Shown here piece by piece: positions 43,008 to 51,011 of a stretch of 52,781 bases of DNA. The position numbers and the translations under genes are program-made. Every line of letters starts with the position of its first letter. The stretch's first letter is position 1. The DNA comes from a virus, in the IMG/VR virus record IMGVR_UViG_3300045988_071817, positions 1 through 52,781 of that record; one strand, written 5' to 3'. The notes beneath the pieces were generated by a model that saw only the letters and a program-made list of their open reading frames with translations, was not told the DNA's origin and ran no database searches.

Positions 43008-43335
43008 ATTGCTTCTCCTTATAATCTAAATACTCAAGGAACTGCCTTTCTGATAGCACATAGAAATCCTCGTGTGCATCTGGGTCAAATCTAAAAGCCA
43101 GTACGCTCTCGGCTTTTCCTTGCTCAAAGGCTTGTTCCTGCATTTTGGTAATCCATTCGTTCTTAATGGAAAAAGATGACTTTTTCGTTGTTGGTGTTTT
43201 TGCTTCAATAAAGAAGTGTTCTGTATGTATATCACCACCACCAAATCTTGTTCCACCTGAATTACTCTGTGTCTTGCCACCTGTAACTCTTGCTATATGC
43301 TGTTCCTGCATATCACTGAAATTTCTAGTTGCCAT
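42988..43335 (-). CDS. PD-(D/E)XK nuclease (Hjc/VRR-NUC-like, possible junction resolvase), 115 aa
   Basis: Start set at MATRNF (RBS GGTGAGGcgatttacaATG). GGDIHTEHFFIEAKT gives a D...E-x-K triad. Confidence 0.5.
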   Translation of the reverse strand: MATRNFSDMQEQHIARVTGGKTQSNSGGTRFGGGDIHTEHFFIEAKTPTTKKSSFSIKNEWITKMQEQAFEQGKAESVLAFRFDPDAHEDFYVLSERQFLEYLDYKEKQYGESDS

Positions 43336-43600
43336 TGTAAATCGCCTCACCATACTGTATCTTGAAGGAGTTCTGCCAATAATCATTATGTATATTCAAA
43401 GCAGTCGCTGTATTATTCTTTATTCCTAAAAAACATATATTCAGGTAGTTACCATCTGGGTTATATTCTCGGTAAGTGCTCGCTATTTCTCTTGCTAGTC
43501 TTACAATCTTACCTGTACACTCTCTTTCTTTTTCTTCTTTGGTTTGTGCGTCACTAATCGCTTGTCCAACATATTCAACTGTTAATCTATTTTCTTCCAT
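43325..43600 (-). CDS. Hypothetical protein (91 aa)
   Basis: RBS taggagataaaagATG. Confidence 0.7.
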   Translation of the reverse strand: MEENRLTVEYVGQAISDAQTKEEKERECTGKIVRLAREIASTYREYNPDGNYLNICFLGIKNNTATALNIHNDYWQNSFKIQYGEAIYNGN

Positions 43601-43645
43601 CTTTTATCTCCTATTCTGCTAATAACCATATCTAATTCTTTCTTG

Positions 43646-43969
43646 CTACATATAATCAGGTGGATATTTTTCTTCACAATCTACATAAGAAGACCTGCAA
43701 CGTTCATCATTGAACTCTCCATCATCATATGCACCACCTAATACAATTTCTTTATATCGTGCTGGGTTCTCTTTAGCTAAAACTAACATAACACTATTAT
43801 CCACGATAGCTAAAAGTGTATGGTTGTCACGAATACCACACCAATTACCATATTTATCGTAGTAAGCTGTCTCACATCTAGGATTTGGATTTTGACCAAA
43901 TATACTGATAACTTCATAATATCTGCCTTTTATCAAATCATCTTCATTTAATAAGTTGTATCGTTTCAT
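43646..43969 (-). CDS. Hypothetical protein (107 aa)
   Basis: Its start abuts the upstream stop. Confidence 0.7.
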   Translation of the reverse strand: MKRYNLLNEDDLIKGRYYEVISIFGQNPNPRCETAYYDKYGNWCGIRDNHTLLAIVDNSVMLVLAKENPARYKEIVLGGAYDDGEFNDERCRSSYVDCEEKYPPDYM

Positions 43970-44494
43970 TTATATCTCCTTCCATTCTTTAATTGCTGAC
44001 TTAATTACCCAACCTTCCCAGCTTATGCCTGCTAGATATTTTGAAATTTCTTCCCATTTCTCTCTAGCTTCCTGCTCTGTTTCAATTCTAATTAATCCTA
44101 TTCTATCACCACAATCTGGTCCTACTCCGTATAGTCTTGATACTGGATTAGTTAATTTCTTCCCACAGCACCTACATACTGAAGTGGGTTCTGCCTTTCC
44201 ATTTAACTTCATATAGTACATTCCTCTGGTTTCCTTTTCAATAATACCCTGCATCACTGTCAAAGGCATCGGTTTATCATCATTCCATTTAGAGTGAAAG
44301 TCAAATGTAGATGTGGCTGGTTCGGTCATATATTTCTTAACCGTAATTCTATAAGATTTTCCGACTTCCATTTTTTCTTTTTTATAACTTGAATTTTTAT
44401 CTTCTTTTCCCGCTAAAACAATCTCGAAAGGCTTGCCTTCCTCAAATTGCATATTATTGGAAAATCTACAAATCTTATTAAATATATCTATCAC
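43970..44494 (-). CDS. Protein with a C-terminal CxxCGKKLxNP...GxGPxC zinc-ribbon motif (174 aa, GTG start)
   Basis: CRCCGKKLTNPVSRLYGVGPDC. The GTG start overlaps the stop of the upstream small TM ORF (GTGA). Confidence 0.65.
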   Translation of the reverse strand: MIDIFNKICRFSNNMQFEEGKPFEIVLAGKEDKNSSYKKEKMEVGKSYRITVKKYMTEPATSTFDFHSKWNDDKPMPLTVMQGIIEKETRGMYYMKLNGKAEPTSVCRCCGKKLTNPVSRLYGVGPDCGDRIGLIRIETEQEAREKWEEISKYLAGISWEGWVIKSAIKEWKEI

Positions 44495-44664
44495 GGATTA
44501 TATCTCCTTCCATATTTAATTATTCTTTCTAATTCCACGATAGTAGAATCAACTAAGATAAATAAACTTATATTTACCAACACACGATAGACACCTTGTA
44601 CCTTCCACCCTGGAAGTATATTCAATATTACCAACAATAAAAAAGTAATGATTAAATTCTTCAT
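44491..44664 (-). CDS. Small membrane protein (57 aa), below the track threshold
   Basis: RBS aaggaggaaacaataATG. The sequence MKNLIITFLLLVILNILPGW...SLFILVDS has two hydrophobic segments. Confidence 0.5.
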   Translation of the reverse strand: MKNLIITFLLLVILNILPGWKVQGVYRVLVNISLFILVDSTIVELERIIKYGRRYNP

Positions 44665-44677
44665 TATTGTTTCCTCC

Positions 44678-44884
44678 TTAGTTATAGTGACAATTAGCGA
44701 TTTCTTCTCTTGTTCGGATTAAGAAATCAACTGCTTCAAATTCCTGTGTTTCTTCATTAAATTCTAAATCGTCGCATATAACATCGTGTTCGTTAATCTC
44801 TTTGATTTCATAGACACCTCTGTCATCGCTTACCCAATCACCAACTTTTAATTCTACTCCATCTTTGCTCATTAATTTGTTCAT
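44678..44884 (-). CDS. Hypothetical protein (68 aa)
   Basis: RBS GAGGTAATTAATATG, identical to that of the 13658 gene. Confidence 0.7.
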   Translation of the reverse strand: MNKLMSKDGVELKVGDWVSDDRGVYEIKEINEHDVICDDLEFNEETQEFEAVDFLIRTREEIANCHYN

Positions 44885-44927
44885 ATTAATTACCTCAACT
44901 TTCTTTGTTTTCTTAACTTGTATATAT

Positions 44928-44956
44928 AGTATAACATATGTATTACAATATGTAAA
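44928..44956 (-). promoter_or_regulatory. Sigma-70-type promoter TTTACA-N17-TATACT
   Basis: Immediately downstream of terminator 44965-45013. Followed by the leader AAGTTAAGAAAACAAAGAAAGTTGAGGTAAT. Confidence 0.5.
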
Positions 44957-44964
44957 TACCTAAA

Positions 44965-45013
44965 TTTAAAAAAATTAAAAAAATCTGTAACTTTTTTTCC
45001 GAGTTACAGATTT
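44965..45013 (-). terminator. Intrinsic terminator after the recombinase gene
   Basis: 12-bp perfect stem AAATCTGTAACT/AGTTACAGATTT with a 9-nt loop, then a T-rich run (TTTTAATTTTTTT) on the minus strand. Confidence 0.85.
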
Positions 45014-45021
45014 TCTTGTTA

Positions 45022-46035
45022 TTATAATTCACTTTGGATATTCTTCTCCAATCGTTCATATTGAACAGGATTACTCTTGAAATATTCAATCATCTTAGGC
45101 TTACCCTGGACCTTTTCCAATACTTCACCTGTATCTATATCAATTAAGGAGAACCAAGCTCCTGCCTGTTCTATTAACCCTAACTTTATTGCAACATCAA
45201 TCGCATCTGAAATATAATCTACACCTTCAAGATATTTTAACGTGTAAAATCCTACCTTTCTGTCAGGTCTATCAACCTTAGATTTTACCAAAGCGACATC
45301 TACAATATTACCAGCTGGATTCTCACAAGCTCTTGATAGCTTATTACCTTTTTCATCAATATAGTAACCTTTCCTGAATTCAAGACGTGTGCTACAGCTA
45401 TGACGCCAGCATTTACCACCAGTGGTTGTTGTTCCTCCGTAAGGACTATTCATATCGTCCCTAACTTGATTAATTCCTATGAATGTGGTTTTAGTTCGGG
45501 CAAGAATAGGAGTAATCTTCCTACTGAACTCTGTAAGTGCCATACTTACTCCACCATATGTTCTTTCCCCTATCTGCTTCTCATTTGCCTGCATTGATAC
45601 CATAGCACCGATTGAATCTAATATACATAAGCTAATCTCACCTGTATCTATTATATCAATTATAAGGTTGAATACTTCTTCTGCCCCCATTGAATCAGGG
45701 TCTAAATAAATTAATTCTTCACAATCTACCCCTAGCTTTGTAGCCCATACAGGGTCAAAGGTATGTTCTATATCTACGAATAATACTTTTTTGTTGGGGA
45801 ACTTTCTCTGTGCTTGTCCTGCTAAATCTTCAGCTGTTGTTGTCTTACCACTTCCATCAGCCCCGAAAAACTCGGAAACTCTGCCTACTGGTATTCCACC
45901 ATATGTCATATAATTAAGACGGCAGGACGAAAAAGGAATTTTATCAATCTCTTTAAATTCAACTCCTAACTGAATACTCCCAACCTTCATCTTTTTATTT
46001 ATGTTCTTAATAATGTTCTCAACTTCACTCATCAT
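45022..46035 (-). CDS. RecA-like recombinase (RecA/UvsX/Sak4 superfamily)
   Basis: 337 aa. Walker A FGADGSGKTT, Walker B LCILDSIGA, RecA-like L1/L2 region. Confidence 0.8.
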   Translation of the reverse strand: MMSEVENIIKNINKKMKVGSIQLGVEFKEIDKIPFSSCRLNYMTYGGIPVGRVSEFFGADGSGKTTTAEDLAGQAQRKFPNKKVLFVDIEHTFDPVWATKLGVDCEELIYLDPDSMGAEEVFNLIIDIIDTGEISLCILDSIGAMVSMQANEKQIGERTYGGVSMALTEFSRKITPILARTKTTFIGINQVRDDMNSPYGGTTTTGGKCWRHSCSTRLEFRKGYYIDEKGNKLSRACENPAGNIVDVALVKSKVDRPDRKVGFYTLKYLEGVDYISDAIDVAIKLGLIEQAGAWFSLIDIDTGEVLEKVQGKPKMIEYFKSNPVQYERLEKNIQSEL

Positions 46036-46237
46036 TATTTCCTCCTAATTCTTCTAAATTATGACATCTTTCTCTACCTATCATATCGAAGGATAGTCTA
46101 GATTTACAGTGTTTTCGTTGCACGTCTTCTTCAGACAGATAAACCTGATGACATCTACACCAATATCTGGGATTCTTGCATATTTTATTTTTCAATCCCA
46201 TAAAAATTTTTCCTTTAATTGCTTTCTGGTATTCCAT
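46025..46237 (-). CDS. Small Cys/His-rich protein (58-70 aa; start uncertain, Met1 or Met13)
   Basis: CKNPRYWCRCHQ...HCKS...CHN. Both candidate ATGs have AGGAAA-type sites. Confidence 0.55.
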   Translation of the reverse strand: MEYQKAIKGKIFMGLKNKICKNPRYWCRCHQVYLSEEDVQRKHCKSRLSFDMIGRERCHNLEELGGNNDE

Positions 46238-46874
46238 TGCTTTTTCCTATGTATCTGCTATTAGATAGCTCCAATTCAGATATTCTCCTGTTCATTATTT
46301 TCTTAAGGCTATTGAGCATTTCATAGCCAGCTTCTACCTTTAACTTTACTTTCTTATATGTTCTTGAATATATAGCCAAGGTTAAGGTTTCACTTTGTGC
46401 AGCTAATTCAGCTCTAGCTGTCTTATCTGCTACTGTACCTTTTCCACTATCTCTAGCTTTCAGATAAACCTCTTGTCTAATAGCTTTACAGGTATCTTCT
46501 TTAATGCCTAAATCTTCCTGAGCTGAACTTGTGAAATATAGAATATTTGCTAATTCAAGAATAGCTTGTTCTAATTGTACATCTGTTATACTATCATTTC
46601 TTGTTATTAGGTCTCTTGTAACTTGCATAAAGTTGTCCAAATCACTACAGTATTTCTTTACAAGTGCATCTGATATTCTTCTGATTGTATCACTTATATT
46701 ATCCACATTCTGCATTATATCTTCAGCAGTTTCAGTTTTATTATTTCTTTTTTGTGGATAAAAATCGCACATCGAGGTATTACCCTTGCAACTGCACACC
46801 TCAACTTCTTTCGTGCCTAAGCATCTTCCATTTTTATAACAACTACACACATTTCCTTCTCTACGACTTGCCAT
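46215..46874 (-). CDS. Hypothetical protein (219 aa): Cys-rich N-terminus plus long helical domain; possible recombination mediator by position only
   Basis: CSCYKNGRCLG...CSCKG...C cluster. The helical C-terminus is vaguely UvsY-like. Lies upstream of the recombinase. Confidence 0.6.
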   Translation of the reverse strand: MASRREGNVCSCYKNGRCLGTKEVEVCSCKGNTSMCDFYPQKRNNKTETAEDIMQNVDNISDTIRRISDALVKKYCSDLDNFMQVTRDLITRNDSITDVQLEQAILELANILYFTSSAQEDLGIKEDTCKAIRQEVYLKARDSGKGTVADKTARAELAAQSETLTLAIYSRTYKKVKLKVEAGYEMLNSLKKIMNRRISELELSNSRYIGKSNGIPESN

Positions 46875-46890
46875 TATAAATGCCTCCTTA

Positions 46891-47052
46891 TTATACCCAA
46901 AATTCCATATCTATTATTAGGTGCTTCGTATATATCATTCTATCATTTAGACGCATAAATCTCCCATATAAACCATCAAGACTCAACAATTGATAGAATT
47001 CATTATCACATTTTCCTCTGTATATGTGCATAATGTTATTATAATGTTCCAT
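46891..47052 (-). CDS. Hypothetical protein (53 aa)
   Basis: Start set at MEHYNN, overlapping the RuvC stop (TAATG). RBS aaggaggcatttataATG is identical to that of the 46874 gene. Confidence 0.6.
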   Translation of the reverse strand: MEHYNNIMHIYRGKCDNEFYQLLSLDGLYGRFMRLNDRMIYTKHLIIDMEFWV

Positions 47053-47492
47053 TATAAATGCCTCCTTCCATACTCTGCCATTAATAAGGCTTCTGCCATT
47101 CCATCGTGGTCTTTTTTGCATCTTTCTGTCTTTTTTAAATTCACACCTGGAAATAATCTCTTGCATACATCTATGGATGTATTTTTATCACTTGTACAGC
47201 TAAACTCTTTCTTCCACTTCTGAGGTGTGACAAGTTCATAAGGTATGCTGTAGGCTTTCAATACCCCCTGAATAAAGCCAAAATTCACACCGAAATTGAA
47301 TGTACTGGATACTCCTTGCTTTGGCATTGCGTGAACGTGTTCAAGTACACATCTACAAGCCTTATAAGAAGTGAAATAATCATATAATTCCTTAATTAAG
47401 GTCTCTTCTGAAAATGGGCGAACCATAATAAACTCGTCCTCTATTATTGCTATTCCACCGTTTTTTCCAGGGTCAATTCCTATATATACCAT
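47052..47492 (-). CDS. RuvC-like Holliday junction resolvase
   Basis: MVYIGIDPGKNGGIAII (Asp7), LEHV (Glu), DHDGMAEALLMA (Asp). Confidence 0.8.
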   Translation of the reverse strand: MVYIGIDPGKNGGIAIIEDEFIMVRPFSEETLIKELYDYFTSYKACRCVLEHVHAMPKQGVSSTFNFGVNFGFIQGVLKAYSIPYELVTPQKWKKEFSCTSDKNTSIDVCKRLFPGVNLKKTERCKKDHDGMAEALLMAEYGRRHL

Positions 47493-47507
47493 ATCTTACC
47501 TCCTTAT

Positions 47508-47927
47508 TTAATAATAAAATCTTTTCCCATCAACAATCTTCCAATGCTTCTTTTTATTCGCTTGTCTTCGTATAGCAATATTATTATAAGTATTATTATG
47601 TAATGAGCTACACCATTCTAAATTTCTAATATCATTATTTTGTTTATTTTCGTCTTTATGGTTTATCACATTATAATCATAAGGATTATCAATAAAAGTT
47701 ATAGCGACTAATCTATGCACCAGATAGCTTGTACTTTTACCGCATTTTCGCAGTACCACTGTTAAATAATTATCTTTCCTAACACCAGCTTTTAATATTT
47801 TAGTTTTTAATTTTTGAACACTACGATTTCCTTTATAAGAATATCTTTCAAGTGACTTCACTCTGCCCTTATTACTAACCCGATAAAGACCTTCATAACC
47901 TGGTATATCTTTCCATATCTCTTGCAT
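47508..47927 (-). CDS. HNH homing endonuclease (NUMOD4 + HNH_3), paralog of 4700-5275
   Basis: MQEIWKDIPGYEGLYRVSNKGRVKSL and INHKDENKQNNDIRNLEW. Confidence 0.85.
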   Translation of the reverse strand: MQEIWKDIPGYEGLYRVSNKGRVKSLERYSYKGNRSVQKLKTKILKAGVRKDNYLTVVLRKCGKSTSYLVHRLVAITFIDNPYDYNVINHKDENKQNNDIRNLEWCSSLHNNTYNNIAIRRQANKKKHWKIVDGKRFYY

Positions 47928-47959
47928 TATAATATCTCCTTAAAAATACAAAGTAATAA

Positions 47960-48751
47960 TTAAACTTTTTTACATATTCCTTTATAATTGCAAAATCTAC
48001 AATTTTTTGTATTTTCTGTCTTAGGCGGGGCTATCATACGTTCGACATAACCTTCGCATTCGTTTATATAATTCACAAGCCAATCTTTCATATCTTGTGT
48101 AATTTCTATGTGAGGACACTCCAAAGTACATATATCACGATTTTCATACAGAACGAATGCTTTATCTAAATCAAGTGCTGTGCAGTAGCATATAATCTGA
48201 TTCATATGCTGTTCCAATGGTTTATCTTCAACTTGATTATATTTGAAAGAAACCACGTTTTTCATCTCGAATAAGAAATACTCATTGGTTGATATTCTTC
48301 TTATGATACCATCACAACGGAAAGAAATATTCAAAGCTGTATCTATAAGGTGTGTTTCAGCTCCAACTGTTTCCTTCACCTGTAAAGTCCTGCATTTTCC
48401 AAATTCTTGTTTCTTCCTCACATATTCAGCTACATCTACATATTCCCAATCATAGCCCATTTTCTGCATAGCTAACAAAGCTTCCTGAATAGCTTCGTGG
48501 CGTCTTGTACCAGTGTCAGCCATACCTGTTGAATTATATTCCACTAACTGCTCATCTTGTGGAGCCTTTGTTCTCGTGAAATACATATTTCGCATACAAT
48601 GTAGGGAAGACGGTTTATACCAATTAGAACCTCTTCTCCTATGTTCTTTTTCTCTTCTTTCAATACAACTCATTAAATCAACCAGGAACTTCTTATTTGC
48701 TGGAAGTTCCTGTTGACTGTTGTTTATTAAATTTAATAATCTCCTACTCAT
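47960..48751 (-). CDS. PD-(D/E)XK exonuclease, Cas4/RecB-like with a 4-Cys cluster
   Basis: N-terminal Cys (SSLHCMRN), D...EMK core and C-terminal CRFCNYKGIC. Confidence 0.7.
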   Translation of the reverse strand: MSRRLLNLINNSQQELPANKKFLVDLMSCIERREKEHRRRGSNWYKPSSLHCMRNMYFTRTKAPQDEQLVEYNSTGMADTGTRRHEAIQEALLAMQKMGYDWEYVDVAEYVRKKQEFGKCRTLQVKETVGAETHLIDTALNISFRCDGIIRRISTNEYFLFEMKNVVSFKYNQVEDKPLEQHMNQIICYCTALDLDKAFVLYENRDICTLECPHIEITQDMKDWLVNYINECEGYVERMIAPPKTENTKNCRFCNYKGICKKV

Positions 48752-48764
48752 TTATTTACCTTTC

Positions 48765-48923
48765 TTAATATTCAATAATTCTTCCATTTTTTGTTATGTA
48801 AAAAATTGTATCACCTAACATATTGCAAATCTCAACAGATACTCCTGTTTGTTCGTTTACCTGCTTTGCGTTCATTATTGCTTTTTCCTTTGTTATTGTT
48901 GAGTTGTTTACTGTTATTATCAT
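48765..48923 (-). CDS. Small ORF (52 aa), below the track threshold
   Basis: RBS aaaggaaaggatataaaagaatATG after the promoter. Sequence MIITVNNSTITKEKAIMNAKQVNEQTGVSVEICNMLGDTIFYITKNGRIIEY. Confidence 0.45.
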   Translation of the reverse strand: MIITVNNSTITKEKAIMNAKQVNEQTGVSVEICNMLGDTIFYITKNGRIIEY

Positions 48924-48956
48924 ATTCTTTTATATCCTTTCCTTTACTGTAATTAT

Positions 48957-48985
48957 ATTGTAACACATACATTTTTATTTTGCAA
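48957..48985 (-). promoter_or_regulatory. Sigma-70-type promoter TTGCAA-N17-TACAAT
   Basis: Minus strand reads TTGCAAaataaaaatgtatgtgtTACAAT, directly after terminator 49004-49043. Confidence 0.6.
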
Positions 48986-49003
48986 GTATTTTTTATAATT
49001 TTT

Positions 49004-49043
49004 ATAAAAAATAAAATAGCCACCTTGATATACAAGATGGCTA
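49004..49043 (-). terminator. Intrinsic terminator after the sliding-clamp gene
   Basis: Stem TAGCCAcCTTG/CAAGaTGGCTA (10 bp with one mismatch) followed by TTTTATTTTTT on the minus strand. Confidence 0.75.
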
Positions 49044-49116
49044 CCTTTACGAATTATATAAAGAAAAGAGTTTTACAGATTTATCACTCATATATTTTAG
49101 TATACTAAATTAATAT

Positions 49117-50208
49117 TTAATTTGCAAGTTCTTCATCTTCAAGTAATGCAATAACCTGAATTACCTTTCCACATTCCAGCTTCAAGGCATTTTCATTGCC
49201 GTACCAGAGCTTGACCGTTTCCTCTGGGTAAGCTTGTAACTGTTCTTTCAACATTGGAATATCCACACAACAAACAAAAGGTTCAAAGTCCTTGCTCTCA
49301 ACATAGTTAATGGTCTCTGTTGATGCATCTTTCTTACTATGAATATTTATTCCCTTTCTACCGAAAGTGAAATAAGCTCCATTCTTATCATAAGGCTCTA
49401 TGAATAAGGATAATCTGTCTAATACAGATAAGAGTAATTCCTTAGGCACTTTACAAGATGAAGTGAAAGCAACATCTAAATATGCCCCGATTTCTTCAAC
49501 TGGGAAATCTTCAATTCCTTCCATAAGGCTTCCTTCAATTACCTGTGATTCTGTAGCGAATATGATTGTTTCCTGGTCAACTGTGACCTTAATATCTTCT
49601 TCCTTATATAAGGTTAATAATTGCATCTGCTGTGCTGAAATTAATAAAGGTCCAAATTCTTCTGTGAACATTCTAAAGTTGTTAAAGGTAATAACATTGG
49701 CATCTGTAGTGATTACCTTGTCATCACAGTAATAACCTGTAAGAGCTGGATTCTCTAAGGTTTTAGCTAAGGCTGACTTATTAATATTATAAGCTTGCAG
49801 TATGCTGGATAACTTAACTGTTGACCAATCTTCTGTCTCTGATGTGTTGCTTCTAATATCAGGGAAAGATACAAGTCCATCTTCATCGGAAATCAATGGA
49901 ATCTTATAAGTTCCGTTCCCCCTAACAGAAAGTACATCATCCTTCACAGATAAATCAATATCTTCCGAAGTTGTTTTGGCAATCAACTTTCCAAACTTAT
50001 CTGCATCTACTGTGATGTCCATCTCGTCTCCAGCTACTTTGTCAATGATAATACATAGTGTATTAGTCATATCTGTTGTGAGTAATCTCAACTTTCCATC
50101 CGATAATTTAATACCCAACATTCCTGTTATAGGAATTAAATTATTGAAAGACGCTCCCTTAATTGCCTTATTTGTTGCTTCTTTGAATCTCTGAGTTGCT
50201 AATTTCAT
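49117..50208 (-). CDS. Sliding clamp (DNA pol III beta / DnaN-like)
   Basis: 363 aa. The N-terminus KGASFNNLIPITGMLGIKLSDGKLRLLTTDMTNTL follows the DnaN pattern, and the length fits three domains. Confidence 0.75.
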   Translation of the reverse strand: MKLATQRFKEATNKAIKGASFNNLIPITGMLGIKLSDGKLRLLTTDMTNTLCIIIDKVAGDEMDITVDADKFGKLIAKTTSEDIDLSVKDDVLSVRGNGTYKIPLISDEDGLVSFPDIRSNTSETEDWSTVKLSSILQAYNINKSALAKTLENPALTGYYCDDKVITTDANVITFNNFRMFTEEFGPLLISAQQMQLLTLYKEEDIKVTVDQETIIFATESQVIEGSLMEGIEDFPVEEIGAYLDVAFTSSCKVPKELLLSVLDRLSLFIEPYDKNGAYFTFGRKGINIHSKKDASTETINYVESKDFEPFVCCVDIPMLKEQLQAYPEETVKLWYGNENALKLECGKVIQVIALLEDEELAN

Positions 50209-50228
50209 TTTATTTCCTCCTTTAAAAA

Positions 50229-51011
50229 TTATATATTATGATAGCCAACAATCCATAATAAATCGCCAGGCTTCAAGAACTTTTTACATTTTCCTTCATA
50301 GATAGGGTCAAGTTTAATCGCACCAACACATTCATTTGTGCGAGTTGTATAAACATACTTAGGCTTAACCCCGCTAATATAATCTACAATTTTATATGGT
50401 ACTTTATTAAAAAGTTTCGGCACAAGATTATTAATAACTTTTTTTGAATTACTACTTCCAGTAATCACACCAATAACTTCTACATCGGTACGACGTATCT
50501 CATTAAGCCCTTGGATAATACCAAGCATTGTGCAGCCACTACCAACTGGAACCACAACACGATGAACACATTCTGGGATATTATATACTTGTTTAGCGAC
50601 TATATCTATATTTTTTTTACACAACATCCCAAATGGTATAAAACATTTACTATGAACCTTAGAATAATTCATTGCTCGGGATATTAATACATTCGTATAT
50701 GAACCTTGTTTCAACGTATCTATAATTTCGCAGTTTGCTCTTTTTTTGATGTTTAATGTAACACTCGTATCTTTCCCCGACGGCATAAATAAAAAACATT
50801 CTACACCTAAACTAGAGCAAATTTTAGATACTATATCACATTGAGGAGAAAATCTGCTACCGACTGTAACAAAACCTGTATAGCCTTTTTGTATTCCATC
50901 TTGTATAATATTGAAAGCACCCTCAGCTTTTCCCCCACAGGCACCACCATATTCCAGTAAATCGCATCTTTTCACATAGTACCCATCTACATAATCAATT
51001 CTTGCTAACAT
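50229..51011 (-). CDS. Fold-type II PLP-dependent enzyme, ACC deaminase / D-cysteine desulfhydrase-like (short, 260 aa)
   Basis: Blocks align to E. coli DcyD as recalled: VKRCDL/KRDD, GGACGGK/GGNK (Lys kept), VVVPVGSGCTMLG/VVVASGSAGT, VIGVITG, LDPIYEGK/LDPVYTGK. Confidence 0.6.
   Translation of the reverse strand: MLARIDYVDGYYVKRCDLLEYGGACGGKAEGAFNIIQDGIQKGYTGFVTVGSRFSPQCDIVSKICSSLGVECFLFMPSGKDTSVTLNIKKRANCEIIDTLKQGSYTNVLISRAMNYSKVHSKCFIPFGMLCKKNIDIVAKQVYNIPECVHRVVVPVGSGCTMLGIIQGLNEIRRTDVEVIGVITGSSNSKKVINNLVPKLFNKVPYKIVDYISGVKPKYVYTTRTNECVGAIKLDPIYEGKCKKFLKPGDLLWIVGYHNI

Noticed and set aside
43026-43280. Nested alternative-frame minus-strand ORFs: 2819-3010, 9796-10035, 20441-20623, 25619-25810 and 43026-43280.
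   Set aside because: Each is wholly contained in a longer gene with recognisable motifs (SSB, PD-(D/E)XK nuclease, tail proteins). None has an RBS, and the compositions are skewed.
48832-49035. 67-aa minus-strand ORF (MYIKVAILFF...) downstream of the clamp gene.
   Set aside because: It spans the terminator hairpin (49017-49043) and the promoter (48957-48985). It is also out of frame with the better-supported 52-aa ORF (48765-48923), which has a proper RBS.
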